Source of the DNA: Trichoplax adhaerens
Lineage: Eukaryota; Animalia; Placozoa
DNA length: 64,000 bases
Assembly: GCF_000150275.1 (NCBI RefSeq)
Contig: NW_002060943.1
Coordinates: 1,028,731 to 1,092,730 of the forward strand
Reading direction: 5' to 3'
Shown: positions 1 to 12,580 of the stretch, in pieces
Layout: every line of letters begins with the position of its first letter
Position numbering within the stretch: the stretch's first letter is position 1
Translations under genes and position numbers: made by a program
Notes under the pieces: generated by a model
The model's input: only the letters and a program-made list of their open reading frames with translations
Databases searched by the model: none
What the model was told of the DNA's origin: nothing

Positions 1-210
1 GGCTAGAAATCAATGATTATATACACTTTTGAAAGATATGTGATGGAATAGATTCGAGTGATTTCTATCTTGCGGGTCGACTATTATGATTACTGAACTA
101 TTTACGACAGCAATTGGGCTAGTCATTGTCGATATTTCAAACGCAACTAGGCTTTAGAGAAAATTAATGATATGCCTAGATTGTATTGATGAAAATCATG
201 ATAAACAGAT

Positions 211-3200
211 TTAGTCGTCCGAATGACGTAAGAAACGTTTAAAGGATTCCTCTTCGAGCGGCCTTTCATTATCTGTAATTATAAATTTGATTTGATAATA
301 ATTATTGAACTTCGGTAGGATATTATACTTCGTATTGATTACGGGTACATGAAAATAAATAAACTGGATATAACCTTCGTCGGTTGACATGGTGTTATCT
401 TCTGCGTCGTCTGGATCAGCAAACGTTACATGAGGCCGTTTTCTCATTGTTGGTTCTGTATAATACAGATAAATATTTTTTTGAGTATAACATAGATGTT
501 AACTAAGTTTACAAAACCGTAAGTTAATCTGTTGATTCCAGTAAACAAATCTTAGAATTTCTCACCACAGACGTCATCAGTAGTGACAGGCTTAGCTTTC
601 ATAGGTACTACATCAGCATCTTTTAAGTCATCTTTTAGTTTTCGTAACTGTTCTTGTTGCTCCTCACTCTTTAATTGATTCTATAAGGCGTCAGATAGTA
701 AGCATATAAATTGAAATCTTGTCAGGATTGTATTTACTACCACTGCACAATGATTTTCAAAATAGGATAAAAATTATGTTAATCAGATATCATAAACCGG
801 TGGTAAATTTATGTGAAATACCTTTTTCTCGACAAGTCTGTCGTATTCTGGCTTGTATTGACTGATAAATTAAACATAATTTCATTTCAAGAATAGGTGT
901 TAATTCCAAATAAGATCTGTCAATATATAGTCATCTTACGTTAGATATTCTTCTCTTGCACTATCAACAGCGGTAAAAAATTCATCTAAGCCTTCACCAG
1001 TAACAGCAGAAACCCCAACAGTCTATAGAGGAAGGTTGTTAATAATGTGCTAATCAACTAGTAAAAAGTTGTAACATACGTATTGTGAATACCTTCAGAT
1101 TATTATAGAATTCATCTAGAACAAGATTCATAGAACTAGTCAAATTAGCCATATAAGAGCCTTCCTGCAAGGAAAAATATTGGGGCCGTAACGTTAATAA
1201 CTGCATATCAGCTACTTAAGTTAAAATCTTTGATGACATGCTTTGCAAAATTACTTCATCAACCGCTTGCTGAAATGACTCAAAATCAGTCATCCACTCG
1301 ATAGCAAAATCGTGGCTCACTATATCAATCTGAAGAGATTAAGGTTAAAAGTTAATGTCATATACTAGTACACAAGTATTGATATGTTTAAGCACCGTAT
1401 AATTAGTAAGGTGGAACATTATACGCGTTACTTATTTCTTACTTTATTCATAACTAAGACAAATGGAAGTCTTGATTTGTATAATATACTGAAATAGCAA
1501 AATACGAAAATATTTATTGTCAAATTGATGAATAAATGCTAAAGATAACAGTAATCTATCCATTCTGTTATTCACCTGCAAGCATAAAGCATATTGGACA
1601 TAAAAGTAATGGGGCTTACACATCTAGAGGTGTCCATAACATAAACAATGACAGTGGGACAGGTTGATGCCTGAAGTATAGAAAAAAGTTAAGTTAAATT
1701 GAATTGCTGTCAATAGCAGTATGTAATGTTTGCAACTTGCTATTTCTTTCTTAATCAAAACGTAAATTAAGCATTTAGCATTCACCAGCGAATCAGTGAT
1801 GATTGAACCAGATGCTGACCAAGTAAAAACTTCAATTTGACCAGGAGTATCAAATAGTACGTATCTAATAAAATTAATGATGACTATTTCAGATAATGTA
1901 TTCACTTCATATTGCATAATTTAAATTCCTTACTTATAGTCGTGTTGCTTTTTTTCTATAAATTTAATTGCCTACCCAAGAAATGAAGTTTAAATAATGA
2001 GTATCATGACTATTATCGCAAATTAAATAATCGTTACGTGTTTCATTTTAATTGCAATTATATAATCGTTACGTGTTTCATTTTAATTGCAATTCATAGG
2101 GGCTAGATTTTAAAAAGCTAGCTAAAGAAGTAAATTATAATTTAACATTATAGTATCATTTTTACCTGATCAAATCGCGTCGCAAATAAATTAAGTGATG
2201 TTACGATTCCTCCATTGGGCCCTAGTCCGTACCTAGGAGATATTACAGCTAAGGCAAATAGAAATTTACGTGCTTATTGAATTTGAAGTATTGATAAGAC
2301 GAGGTAGTATCGCTACCTTGGCATAAAAATTAGGAGGACAAAAAGTAGTAATCAAGTATAACTATAGTATTTGCAAACAGAGAAGCATGTTAAGATACTG
2401 TTTCATAACTTCTTTGTATTTAACAGTGTCCCGGATATCTGCATATGTCAACAGACAGAGACAGTTAATATTATACTTTGCTATATCTCGTCTAGCTTAG
2501 CTAACCTATATTAGCTGGAAAAGGGACTTCATGTACAGCAGGATCCAGATTGACAATATATGGCGGAGTTTGACGGCTATGTAAGTACGCATTAACTCTC
2601 TAATATATCACAAAATAATGCAATCAGAATGATACAGACAATGGACAGAAATTAATGCAGGTTATCCATACAGATAGATAACCTATATCATAATTTAGCA
2701 ATAACTAAAATGGAGAATAATACCGATTGCATCAATCTTAGATACGTTACGGTAGTCCATGTGTTATTCAAAAATAGTCATTGAAAGTGTTTTATAGTCT
2801 CATTATACAGTGCATGTAAAGTAGTATACAGCTTGGAAGCAAAATACAAACATAGATGGAATTAGTTACCATTTACTACTGACGCTGCATATGTACGTAC
2901 CGGTTGCGTTTTTTATCTAACTTAATTGAATAGCATCTTTAAAATTAATTTATTTAACAAGAGATGGTGAACACAGTGATTATTTTATCCAGAATGAATT
3001 GCTTGTAGTTTACTAATGACAAGCGGAAGGGACAATAGACGAATGATACTGTATATCACTTCAAGTTTCTATCAAGATGCAATTGCAATTAATATGATGC
3101 GAGTACTGGCTGAGGCTATCAGCGAAATGTTTCGAATGTCAATGGTTTACGAATGACTAACAAGTTGACAAGAGACAAACATTACCGGTGAATGTCGATC

Positions 3201-3840
3201 TGTTGAGGTTTGTATCAAGATGCAACTGTAATGAATAGGATGCGAGTTCTCATTGAGAAGATCAGCGAACTATTTAGAATAGAAATGGTTTACTAATGAC
3301 AAACAAAATGACAACAGACGAACGCTACCGCTGAATGTAGATCTGTTGAGGGTTGCATCAAAATGCAACTGCAAGTTAATATGATTGGAGCACTCGCTGA
3401 GAGTACCAGCGAAATCTAGAGGAACTACTTGGCTTGGCAGTCTCCTTTTGTAGATAATACAATGTACTTTTCTACGGCATGTAGAGCAATTGGAATCCTT
3501 TACGTGCTTACTTCTATCCTATCGATCTATGCATTCCATTCTCATTTGCGTACAACCTGCTCTACAAATTATCCATTGATATTATGTCGATAATATCCCT
3601 AACACTGGCATTCTCATGGCATTAACAGCTAGCAAAAGGAGTCTAGAGCGATGGACATTGCTGCTATTGCAGCCCTACCTGGACAAAAGTTGTTTTACCA
3701 GATCCAGCCATTCCAAGGCAAATTAAGCAAGTTGCCATGCCTTCTTGAGCAGATGCTCCAGCAGTTTCTTGGCTATGTAACTGGTGATGATCTGACTTGA
3801 AATGTTCTTCATCAGAATTCAAGTTGTGTTGCTGAGCCAT
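211..3840 (-). CDS. GPN1: GPN-loop GTPase 1 (XAB1/Npa3), 15 exons, 382 aa
   Basis: Hand-spliced with all GT-AG introns and consistent phases. Exons: 3679-3840, 2506-2599, 2399-2438, 2166-2232, 1934-1971, 1786-1864, 1576-1670, 1443-1488, 1255-1329, 1093-1164, 940-1022, 822-861, 566-680, 375-455, 211-272 (1149 nt including TAA). Translation shows GMAGSGKTT (P-loop), [27 protein letters not shown] (GPN loop), [33 protein letters not shown] and VGVSAVTG, all typical of GPN1. Confidence 0.96.
2027..2094. repeat. Direct duplication (~35-bp period, 2 copies) in GPN1 intron 4
   Basis: ataatcgttacgtgtttcattttaattgcaatt occurs twice in tandem. Confidence 0.85.
3007..3418. repeat. Diverged tandem repeat, ~142-bp unit x3, in GPN1 intron 1
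   Basis: Anchor atcaagatgcaa-like at ~3071, 3214 and 3357; gtttac at ~3008, 3146 and 3288; cagcgaa recurs in each unit. Confidence 0.8.
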
Positions 3841-4046
3841 TTTGGATGGGGAATAGAGTCATGCTAGTTTGACGACTCTCCTTACTATGACGGCATTGAC
3901 ACGGTATTGTATAGCCAGTTGACTACACGGTACTGTACACTCACTTCACCAGTACTGATTGGTGGACTGCTCACAAGGTAAACGTATAGTACAGACGCTA
4001 CACCTCAGCTCAGGTACGTGACAGTACAGCGCAGTAGCAGAAGCTG

Positions 4047-4185
4047 CAGCAGTTTCTTGGCGGTGTAATAGGATGATCTGACTTTCAATTCTTCTTCATC
4101 ACAACTGGAGTTCTGTTGCTGAGCCATTTTGATGGGTAATATAGTCATCCTATTTGATGGCTATATTACTATGACGGCATTTACC
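4047..4185 (-). pseudogene. Degenerate duplicate of the 5' half of GPN1 exon 1 plus its upstream sequence
   Basis: cagcagtttcttggc...gatgatctgactt...ttcttcatca...tgttgctgagccatttt.gatggg parallels 3759-3900. The ATG at 4127 gives MAQQQNSSCDEEEL (true exon: [14 protein letters not shown]), then shifts frame and stops. Confidence 0.7.
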
Positions 4186-5222
4186 GGCTGCCCTGGAAAG
4201 CCCTGGTAATATAGTCATCATAGATTGATGACTTTATTCTAGACCTCATTGATTGATGATTATAATACTACGACAGCATTTACCGGCTGCCCTGGTAATA
4301 TAGTCATCCAACTATGATGACTATATATATTTGGTAATATAGTCATCCAACTATGATGACTATATATATTTGGTAATATAGTCATCAAACTATGATGACT
4401 ATGTATATTTGGTAATATAGTCATCCAACTACGATGACTATATATATTTGGTAATATAGTCATCCAACTACGATGACTATATATATTTGGTAGTATAGTC
4501 ATCAAACTATGATGGCTATATATATTTGGTAATATAGTCATCAAACTACGATGACTATATATATATGGTAATATAGTCATCAAACTACGATGACTATATA
4601 TATTTGGTAATATAGTCATCCAACTGCGATGACTATATATAAATTTGGCAATATAGCCATCAAACTATGATGACTATATATATTTGGTAATATAGTCATC
4701 CAACTACGATGACTATATATATTTGGTAATATAGTCATCCAACTACGATGACTATATATATTTGGTAATATAGTCATCAAACTACGATGACTATATATAT
4801 TTGGTAATATAGTCATCATAGTTTGATAACTATATTATAGTCATCATAGATTGATGACTATAATACTATGACGGCATTTACCGGCTGCCCTGGTAATATA
4901 GTCATCAAACTTTGATGACTATATTACTATGACGGCATTTACCGGCTGCCCTAGAAAGCCCTAGTAATAAAGTCATCATAGTTGGATGGCTATATTATTA
5001 TGACGGCATTTACCGGCTGCCCTGGTAATCTAGTCATCATAGATTGATGACTAGATTGATGACTCTATTACTAATCTATGATGACTGCATTACTATGACG
5101 GCATTTACCGGCTGCCCTGGTAATCTAGTCATCATAGATTGATGACTAGATTGATGACTATATTACTAATCTATGATGACTACATTACTATGACGGCATT
5201 TACCGGCTGCCTTGGAAAGCCC
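4128..5222. repeat. Complex palindromic minisatellite: 13 x 39-bp core units (4293-4801) flanked by 60-95-bp units
   Basis: Core unit tggtaatatagtcatc(c/a)aacta(t/c)gatgactatatatatt starts at 4293 with 39-bp period (one 41-bp unit). Each unit holds the inverted repeat atatagtcatc-N7-gatgactatat. Flanking units add actatgacggcatttaccggctgccct; 95-bp direct copies lie at 5001-5095 and 5096-5190. Confidence 0.95.
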
Positions 5223-5605
5223 TTGCTACAATACTGTCCCTTGAATATGTTACAGTAGCACTACTGATAATTGTACTGCACTGTGCACTCTACTGGTTCT
5301 TGCAGCGAACCACGTGACTTACCCAAGCCTGAAAAGCAAATGAAAGCGGTCAAGTGGAGTGGAATACGGTAACTGCAGAGCACAAAGTAGTCGCTATTAT
5401 AATGGTACTGAAGTATACCTAAACTACTGTACATTAGACCACACTCATTTTTCCAATGATCGCTTCTATCATTGATAACGCCTAGTGTATGGCACGTAGT
5501 ATTTGCATTAGCAGTTCAACGCCATCGCGCATACTCGTTGATAGGAAGCACGGACGTACGGATGACTGTAGTCAGAAGTCCGTTCGCACTCTCAACCTAT
5601 CCAAC

Positions 5606-7384
5606 ATGGCGGTCGGTCGAAATGCATTGGAGGAAGAAATGTCCAGGTTAATCAACTTTGATGGTTGTACATTGAATAGTGATATTATAGAATGAATGAT
5701 TGATATCCAATGGGGGGGGTAAGGCAATAGTATCGTTTCCATCAGTAGTATACAATACGACATGGAGATAGTGATTGCCCATGATAGTAATAGAAATATT
5801 ACTGTACAGTACAAGTTATTCGAAATTGAAGCATCCACGTAACGGCCAATCACCAACATCTAGGTATTTATTCTTAACCTACAGCAATTATCCATTGAAT
5901 GCTTTCTATTTGAGCACACTAAAAAAGTAGGTTGGATACTTAGCTTAAGAGTACGGTAAGCATAATAAGGATATTTGTTAGTTATAAAATTGCGAAATGG
6001 CAAAAGCCTCCTGAAACGTGAATGAGAAGGTCTAAATGAAGTCTTTCATACAAAAACTACTCACTTTAAATACAGCCTAATTTAGTAAATGCTGTATTAC
6101 TTCTTCGAGTAATTGCATCACCCGCCCTTTCATAGATCAGATATTTAATATCAATGATGTATAAGAGATGGTAAAGAAACAGTTGGTGGGTATTTTTTAG
6201 TATAAAGTATCCAACCACACTTTCCAACAAGATTCAACATAATTTATACTCTTTACATTGAAATGCTGATAGGAATACTAATGTATGAGTAAAGTACTAT
6301 AGTCAATGTAATATTAATTTACTGTCTGTACGTTATTGCTAGTCTCGATTTAGGATTGTAATCCTACCTGATTCTAAAGGGTATACAGTAATTATTCCAT
6401 CGATAATATTCTCACTATTGTTTATTATTGTCACAGATTTGAACGAGAACTCAAACAAGAGACAAGGGGTAATCCTTACCCACAAGGGTACGGATTTCGT
6501 CCACAAAACCCTAATTATGCACAATATCAAGCTTTTCCAATGGTGCCACCTCGTAATATAGCAAATAGTAGTAATGTAGCAGTGCCTCCGCCAATGCCTC
6601 CAACAGTACCTCCACCTGTAAAACAATCAAGTGCTTCCATTGTTACTCCTGAGCAACAACGCCAATGGGAGTCACAATATCAAGTAGGAAATTCGAAACC
6701 GGTAATTCCTGCTGCCTTAGCCTCTAGTTCATCTGCTTCCACAGGACGACAGGAAAATCCTACTAATGATACAAAAGGAGCTAAAAGTAAAGATAAAAAA
6801 ATTTTACGAATGGCCGGAGGACAAGTTTGGGAGGACACTACATTATCTACCTGGGATACAAGTAAGTAACTGTATTCATAGTTAACAACTTCTTTCCAAT
6901 GAATGATAACCACTTATTTAAATGAGCACTTCAACGTAAGACATTCAAGAAAAATTGACTATTATTTTGAATCTAGACGACTTTAGGTTATTCTGTGGAG
7001 ATCTTGGTAACGAGGTAACCGAGGAACTATTAACTCGGATTTTCTCTAGATACTCCAGTCTACAAAATGTTAAGGTTGTTCGCGATAAAAGAAGTAATAA
7101 GAGCAAAGGATACGGATTTCTTAGCTTTAAAGATTCAAAGGATTACCTGCGTGCAATGAAAGAAATGAATGGTATGAAAACTATCATCTTATTTGACCAG
7201 ACTGAGTTAGCCTTCTATCCAACTGTGAATAAGTAGTTACTCAGACGGAATAATTCTATTCCTTTCTTTAGGGAAATATGTTGGAAACCGTCCTATAAAA
7301 TTGAGAAAGAGTACATGGAAAGATCGCAACATAGAAAATGTAAAGAGGAAAGAACGTGAAAAAAAGCGTTTAGGATTTCGATAG
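5606..7384 (+). CDS. RBM42: RNA-binding protein 42 (RRM, tri-snRNP-associated), 4 exons, 257 aa
   Basis: Exons 5606-5646, 6437-6861, 6977-7171, 7272-7384 (774 nt, GT-AG, phases consistent). N-terminal LEEEMSRFERE, a Pro-rich linker, then RMAGGQVWEDTTL-W, DFRLFCGDLGNEV, KSKGYGFLSF and MKEMNGKYVGNRPIKLRKSTWKDR, characteristic of RBM42. Confidence 0.95.
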
Positions 7385-10286
7385 AAATTTATAGACTATG
7401 CCAGCTTTTTCCAGCTCCTTTCCATATGCCTAGGACCAATGAGAAATAGTTGAATAATTATTCGGTTGTACTGCTATCAATATAATCTGAATTAATCCAC
7501 TTTTATGTTATCCTTCTTCATGTCGTATTGTATCATAACTTACTTATTACCTTGCAATATCGCACTTTTGAATTATTACACGTGTTGAAATCTACCTAAA
7601 AGCATGCAGTTTCAGGATACATGATGTATCTTTTACGTAAGTAGCTGTAATAGTCAAGTGACTGTAGTTTACCGCAGTGATTGATATTATTGCTAAATTA
7701 AGAAGTGACGTTATTAATAATGTATAAATAAATGCGGTTTTGTCTACCCTACATGGCATATGAACATTTATGACCGAAACTGGGGTCTGGAAAACTAAAG
7801 TGTTTTGACTAGTATGTTGTATGTAGATTTTGATATTAGGTTAATAAAGATTGTTACAATTTAACTTGATGACTATTAACGCTTTATGTGCAATGGATCA
7901 GAAGGAAGCATGTAAGAGTAAAGTATGCGTATTTGTCCGATCATGGCAGATTTGAGATTATTCAATTTCTTCTGGATTATAATTTAAAGAAGTATCAAAG
8001 CTATAATGCTTTACCGGAGTAAATTGGCACATATACATGAGCCCTATGATGTAAAAGCTGAGTTGTAATAGCAAATTGTCAATGACTTATCAATTTAAGT
8101 CTTGTAATTACGTTCTAAAGTGACATGATTAGCAATGGTTGATAGTTTCTGCTGACAAGCAACACTATAGTATCGAAAGAGTGAGTTAGCATGATCTGCA
8201 CGCGATAGTGAAGTAAGAATGTTCTTATCTCAAATGACTAAATAGATCGTCCTGTATCGATATGTGAATATTTCCTTGTCTAGGAGAGATTTGGACACAA
8301 AACTAGTCATTTATAGTGTGCTTTTTAAAAACTGTTTTGAACTGCTTCTATTCTCAACAGCGTTTATTAATAGCTCATCGCTGTCATTAGAGAAATCTTA
8401 AAATGACCAACTAATGTTATTGGCGGTAATTGCTAGAAGTACTACAGTATTTCAAACGTTTGATATAACATTTGTAATATCGTTATAGATGTAAGCACAG
8501 TCGTAAAATATCTAGTCAATGGTATTGAGCTGAGCGCCTAGTACAAAAAGAAAATAAGCTTTTGACGTAAATTATCGAATAGATGCTTTATTTACTTTGT
8601 AAGTACAATATCACCTTGATTACAGTAAGCAAACCCAGTGAAAATGCAACCTAACGTACGAGCCATTTTATAACACAAATTATTTTATAATAAAGCTCAA
8701 ATTAGTATCACAGTCACCTATTTCGTGATTGTATCACATCTATGCGCAAATGGTCAAGGAATAGATGTTAAAATTTACCAATTACTATAGCCAAGATCAC
8801 CCTGAACTTGATCCATTCACCCTAAATTAAAAATTCTCAACATTTACTACTGTAGAAGTCGATTTTACGTAATAACAGAGGATAATATTTTTTCTATAAA
8901 TAGCATAGCGATGTTAACAGTGCCCATTTCTACTGCATTTATAAATACATCACTAAATCGAAGCTTTGATATCGATAGAAAAAATTTAGATTTTGCAAAT
9001 ATTTTGTAGTTAGCTAGCTTGCCATCGCAATATGCTATAAGGCTGTAATAACGTAACAAACATTACGACAAGAAACCTGGCCAAAGATACTTATTCCGAA
9101 ATATTTAGAATATCTTCATCAATACAATATAGTTAAATAAATCAATTAATTAATAATAGTGATCATTCGTCAGTCGGGTTGTAGCAAATCGACGAGGGAT
9201 TGACGCTAACAGCAGCTCTCATCCCTTCGTATCCATTACCACAAGGAGAAAAAATATCGTAATCGAAAATACTGTAATAAAGTGCCAAAACTTTTACGGT
9301 ATCAGATACGTATGTAAGAGTTTTATATAGCGGATGCTAGCATAATATTCATCTACTTATGTATTACAAATAATTTAGCCAATATCTTCAGCAAGAGGCA
9401 GGGCGATGCAATTTCCTATTCTCATTCCGATAGGTATCTGCCTATTGCTAAATCTATTTTCAGTTAACGTATGATGTCATCGCCAAGTATTTTATTATGG
9501 CGTTGCACACTTGTACAGTAGAACACCAGTAGTCGAGGAGTTGAACAGCCATGGAACATATGGTTTTCATTGTTGCGATCAGGCCACGGTTGATATTCTG
9601 CTAGCTACAAGCCGTGCACAAATCGATCTATTGCATCATCGTATGGGTAGTAACAAATTGTAAAATGACGTATTATCTACGTGGGGTTAATCCAAGCAAT
9701 AATAAAGCAATACCATTAAATTATCCTAGAGGTTTGGTTCTGATAGCTACGCAACTAAAGTTAACTTGTAAAAGCCGTATTCTTACTCACTGGAAAGATT
9801 ACCAGTGAATGTGTACGTTGAATCTTTGGATGATTCAATGTTATGTCGTAACGCACTAACTGAATTGCACAGGAGGAAGCAGTCGGCATAGCTGAGAGGT
9901 ACACAGTAATAAAAGTAAAATTATGTTTGTTGCTATGCCAGTGACGATAGTTCAACCTACAGTTACACTCACGGGTGTATTTCCATTTATGTTGAGTGGA
10001 TAAGAAGATACGGCAGTTGTTGACAAAGTTCAAGAATACTCAATGCAAAATCAACTGTGGTCCTAATGTCATTCTAATTGATTTGATTATTAATTTAAGA
10101 GGTAATGGATAATATGAAGATATATATAATGTAAAAAAGCCACCAGGAGAATGTAGTGATAAATAAGATTAATTCGCTTATGAAAGCAAAGGTTACTCAT
10201 GATAGTCCAAAAGGCAACTTTGCTTTACATTGCTCGATTCTTTTATCGTTGACACTTTTATTATTGGGTTCTGATTCATAGCGCCT

Positions 10287-11126
10287 TTACTGGGATTTAT
10301 CGCGTTTGTCCAGTAGGCGCTTCACTTCATCTAGTGGAGCCTTGCCATCGAATGAACTAGGATGGCGATAAGATTTACCAAGTTTATCCCACAAGGTGAA
10401 AAATTGACCATAATTATAATCAAAGTAAACGTGATGATCAGTATGATGGGCAGAGCCATTGACGACCGATCGAAGTAATGCCGGTACACGACAATGGCCA
10501 TCGTGGATAGAGACGGTCCAAATATTGACGAAAACAAAGAGACCTAAGTAGGTCAACTTATGCAAAGGGAAAAGAAAGGGATAAATGTGATAGGGTAAAC
10601 TTTGCATGAAACCATCGATCGGATGGAAAGCATGGCTAGCAAATGGCGAGGCAATCTTCCATTTATGATGTGGTTTATGGATATACTTATAAACATAACG
10701 TGTATGCAAGAAACGATGAATCCAATAAATGCCCATATCAGTAAATAAGAGAAAGGATACCATGCTAAAGATTGCAAAACCAATTCCTCCATACAAATTG
10801 ATATCGTCATACAATTGTGAATAACCGCGTACTTCCAATAAGAAAGCGACTACTGTTAAAAACGACATGATCGGTATCGCTTCCAGTGAAGTTTTAATCT
10901 CTAAGCGCACTTGATCTTTCAAGAAATGAGGATGCTTTTCAAGATCATGATCGAAGACCATCCAGTAATTCAAGGTGGCGGTGAGATAATACAAAAGGCC
11001 ACCGCCAATGGTGGTGATAAGGTATAGCGAGATTGCTTGACGAACAATCCAATCTTCAGACCAATGGCTAGGGTAGATATACGGTGTTAGAAAGTATTGA
11101 TCACAAAAATCCAATACCAAATCCAT
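10287..11126 (-). CDS. SC5D: Lathosterol oxidase / sterol C5-desaturase (ERG3 family), single-exon CDS, 279 aa
   Basis: N-terminus MDLVLDFCDQYFLTPYIYP; His boxes YWIHRFLH, HKPHHKW and HHTDHH; PFASHAFHPIDGFMQSLPYH; YNYGQFFTLWD; several hydrophobic segments. Confidence 0.96.
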   Translation of the reverse strand: MDLVLDFCDQYFLTPYIYPSHWSEDWIVRQAISLYLITTIGGGLLYYLTATLNYWMVFDHDLEKHPHFLKDQVRLEIKTSLEAIPIMSFLTVVAFLLEVRGYSQLYDDINLYGGIGFAIFSMVSFLLFTDMGIYWIHRFLHTRYVYKYIHKPHHKWKIASPFASHAFHPIDGFMQSLPYHIYPFLFPLHKLTYLGLFVFVNIWTVSIHDGHCRVPALLRSVVNGSAHHTDHHVYFDYNYGQFFTLWDKLGKSYRHPSSFDGKAPLDEVKRLLDKRDKSQ

Positions 11127-11770
11127 GTTGCTACAAGATTTGACTGCAATGGATGGAAATAATTTTTCACTTTCTCTTTACTCCGTTGCAAGAGGAACGA
11201 TGCGAAGTGATCTGTTAAATGAAGGCTGACCGTCACGCTGCCGCGATAAATGGACTGAGCGGTAGTACAATTTCACTATACTGTACTGATCTGCCCATAT
11301 GGTTCAACATGGGGTCATACTGTAGCACTTCTGGCATTTCACCCTGTCCTACAGTGTATGTACTGTAGGCGTGAGAACGGTGCAGTACAGTACAGTATAC
11401 TGAGTAGTCACTAGTCAGAGTGACGAGTGCAGTAGGTGTCAGTGTACACTAAACACGTACCAGAGCACGCGACTAGAGCGCCTGTGCAGTACTAAAGTAA
11501 TCTAAGACTGACAGGTTTCAAGGTTATGAGGGACTACCCCCATCTTGTCACACCATACACAGAATGGTACTTGATTCACGTGTGATGGCTCCAACTTCCA
11601 GTATCATCATGATACTGTGTGGACCTTTACCCAATAAAAGTTACCTATTTTTAAAGGAGACCTTTCAATGATATTGGATTGAACTGTTGATCGATTGTCA
11701 TGATGTGCAGTCGAGAGTAGAGACTTTGAAGGGTCTCTAAAAAATGGGCAGCAGTCAGTGGCTGTGCAAC

Positions 11771-11790
11771 TCTGGTACCATGGTACCAGA
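11771..11790. other. Perfect 20-bp palindrome
   Basis: tctggtaccatggtaccaga is its own reverse complement. Confidence 0.9.
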
Positions 11791-12006
11791 CTACCACCTG
11801 TATTTATTAATTCTTCATTTTCTTTTCGACCTTACCAAGTGTGTGGAAATGTTGAGGCACGTGATAGAAGAAGAATGGATTGAAATAGTAGCATGATTTT
11901 ATCTACCAATCAAATAGAGCTTTGATAACGTTACAAGATCGAATGGGCTGCTAGTGTGGGGATCCCGGGGGTGCGCAAACGGGTCAAGTCCTGTACTGTA
12001 CACGGC

Positions 12007-12039
12007 GTACACTGTACTGTAATCTACAGTACAGTGTAC
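12007..12039. other. Perfect 15-bp inverted repeat with 3-nt loop
   Basis: gtacactgtactgta-atc-tacagtacagtgtac. Confidence 0.9.
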
Positions 12040-12580
12040 TGTAAACCACGGTCAGCCTTTGTGCCGTGACCTTTCCTGCGAGGTTAAATTGATAGTTCAA
12101 AATTTAAATTAAAATGTGTTGAAGTTTTCTACCTTTAGTACAGTACACTGTATGCCCTGAAGTAACTGAACTGAACAGTATGACGATGGAAAATGGGATG
12201 GCCCGAAAACGGCGGTCCACGCTTTGGTTATAAAAGAATTGATGCAAAAAGAACAGAAGAGAATCCGAACTTTGACTTTACTCTTGACCACCAACGGCTG
12301 GCTACAACTGACTGACTCAAAGTCACTTCTTTTTATTTATTTTCAAATACACAGGACAGTAATAAACTTTTTCAGTTTATAGGTTCGACTGATAGCAGAT
12401 ATTTGACAAGCTTACCGCTACGATGATGAGAAAAGAAAGAAAAGCAATGAATTAATTAAGGTTAAAACTGATCAATTCGTTTTGTATCCTAGGGTCTACG
12501 AGCGGATCAACTAATAAAGTACTAAACAAGACAAATGAACATTTCTGTTTGTGCTAGGAGTTTCGTCCTGTCTCTTGCCT

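Noticed and set aside
4293-4817. CRISPR-like array of palindromic repeats
   Set aside because: Units are directly adjacent with no unique spacers, there are no cas genes, and the context is eukaryotic. It is a minisatellite.
4260-4819. ORFs with repeated MTILPNIYSHRSL
   Set aside because: By-product of a stop-free 39-bp (13-codon) unit; the frame is broken by a 41-bp unit and there is no other coding evidence.
5489-5695. 68-aa ORF as the RBM42 N-terminus
   Set aside because: The ATG at 5606 has a strong aacATGG context and gives the conserved LEEEMSRFE start; the upstream extension has no support.
9200-9232. Imperfect hairpin (acgagggat...atcccttcgt) as SECIS or ncRNA
   Set aside because: Lacks the SECIS core and AA-loop geometry, no selenoprotein gene is nearby, and it is too short to call.
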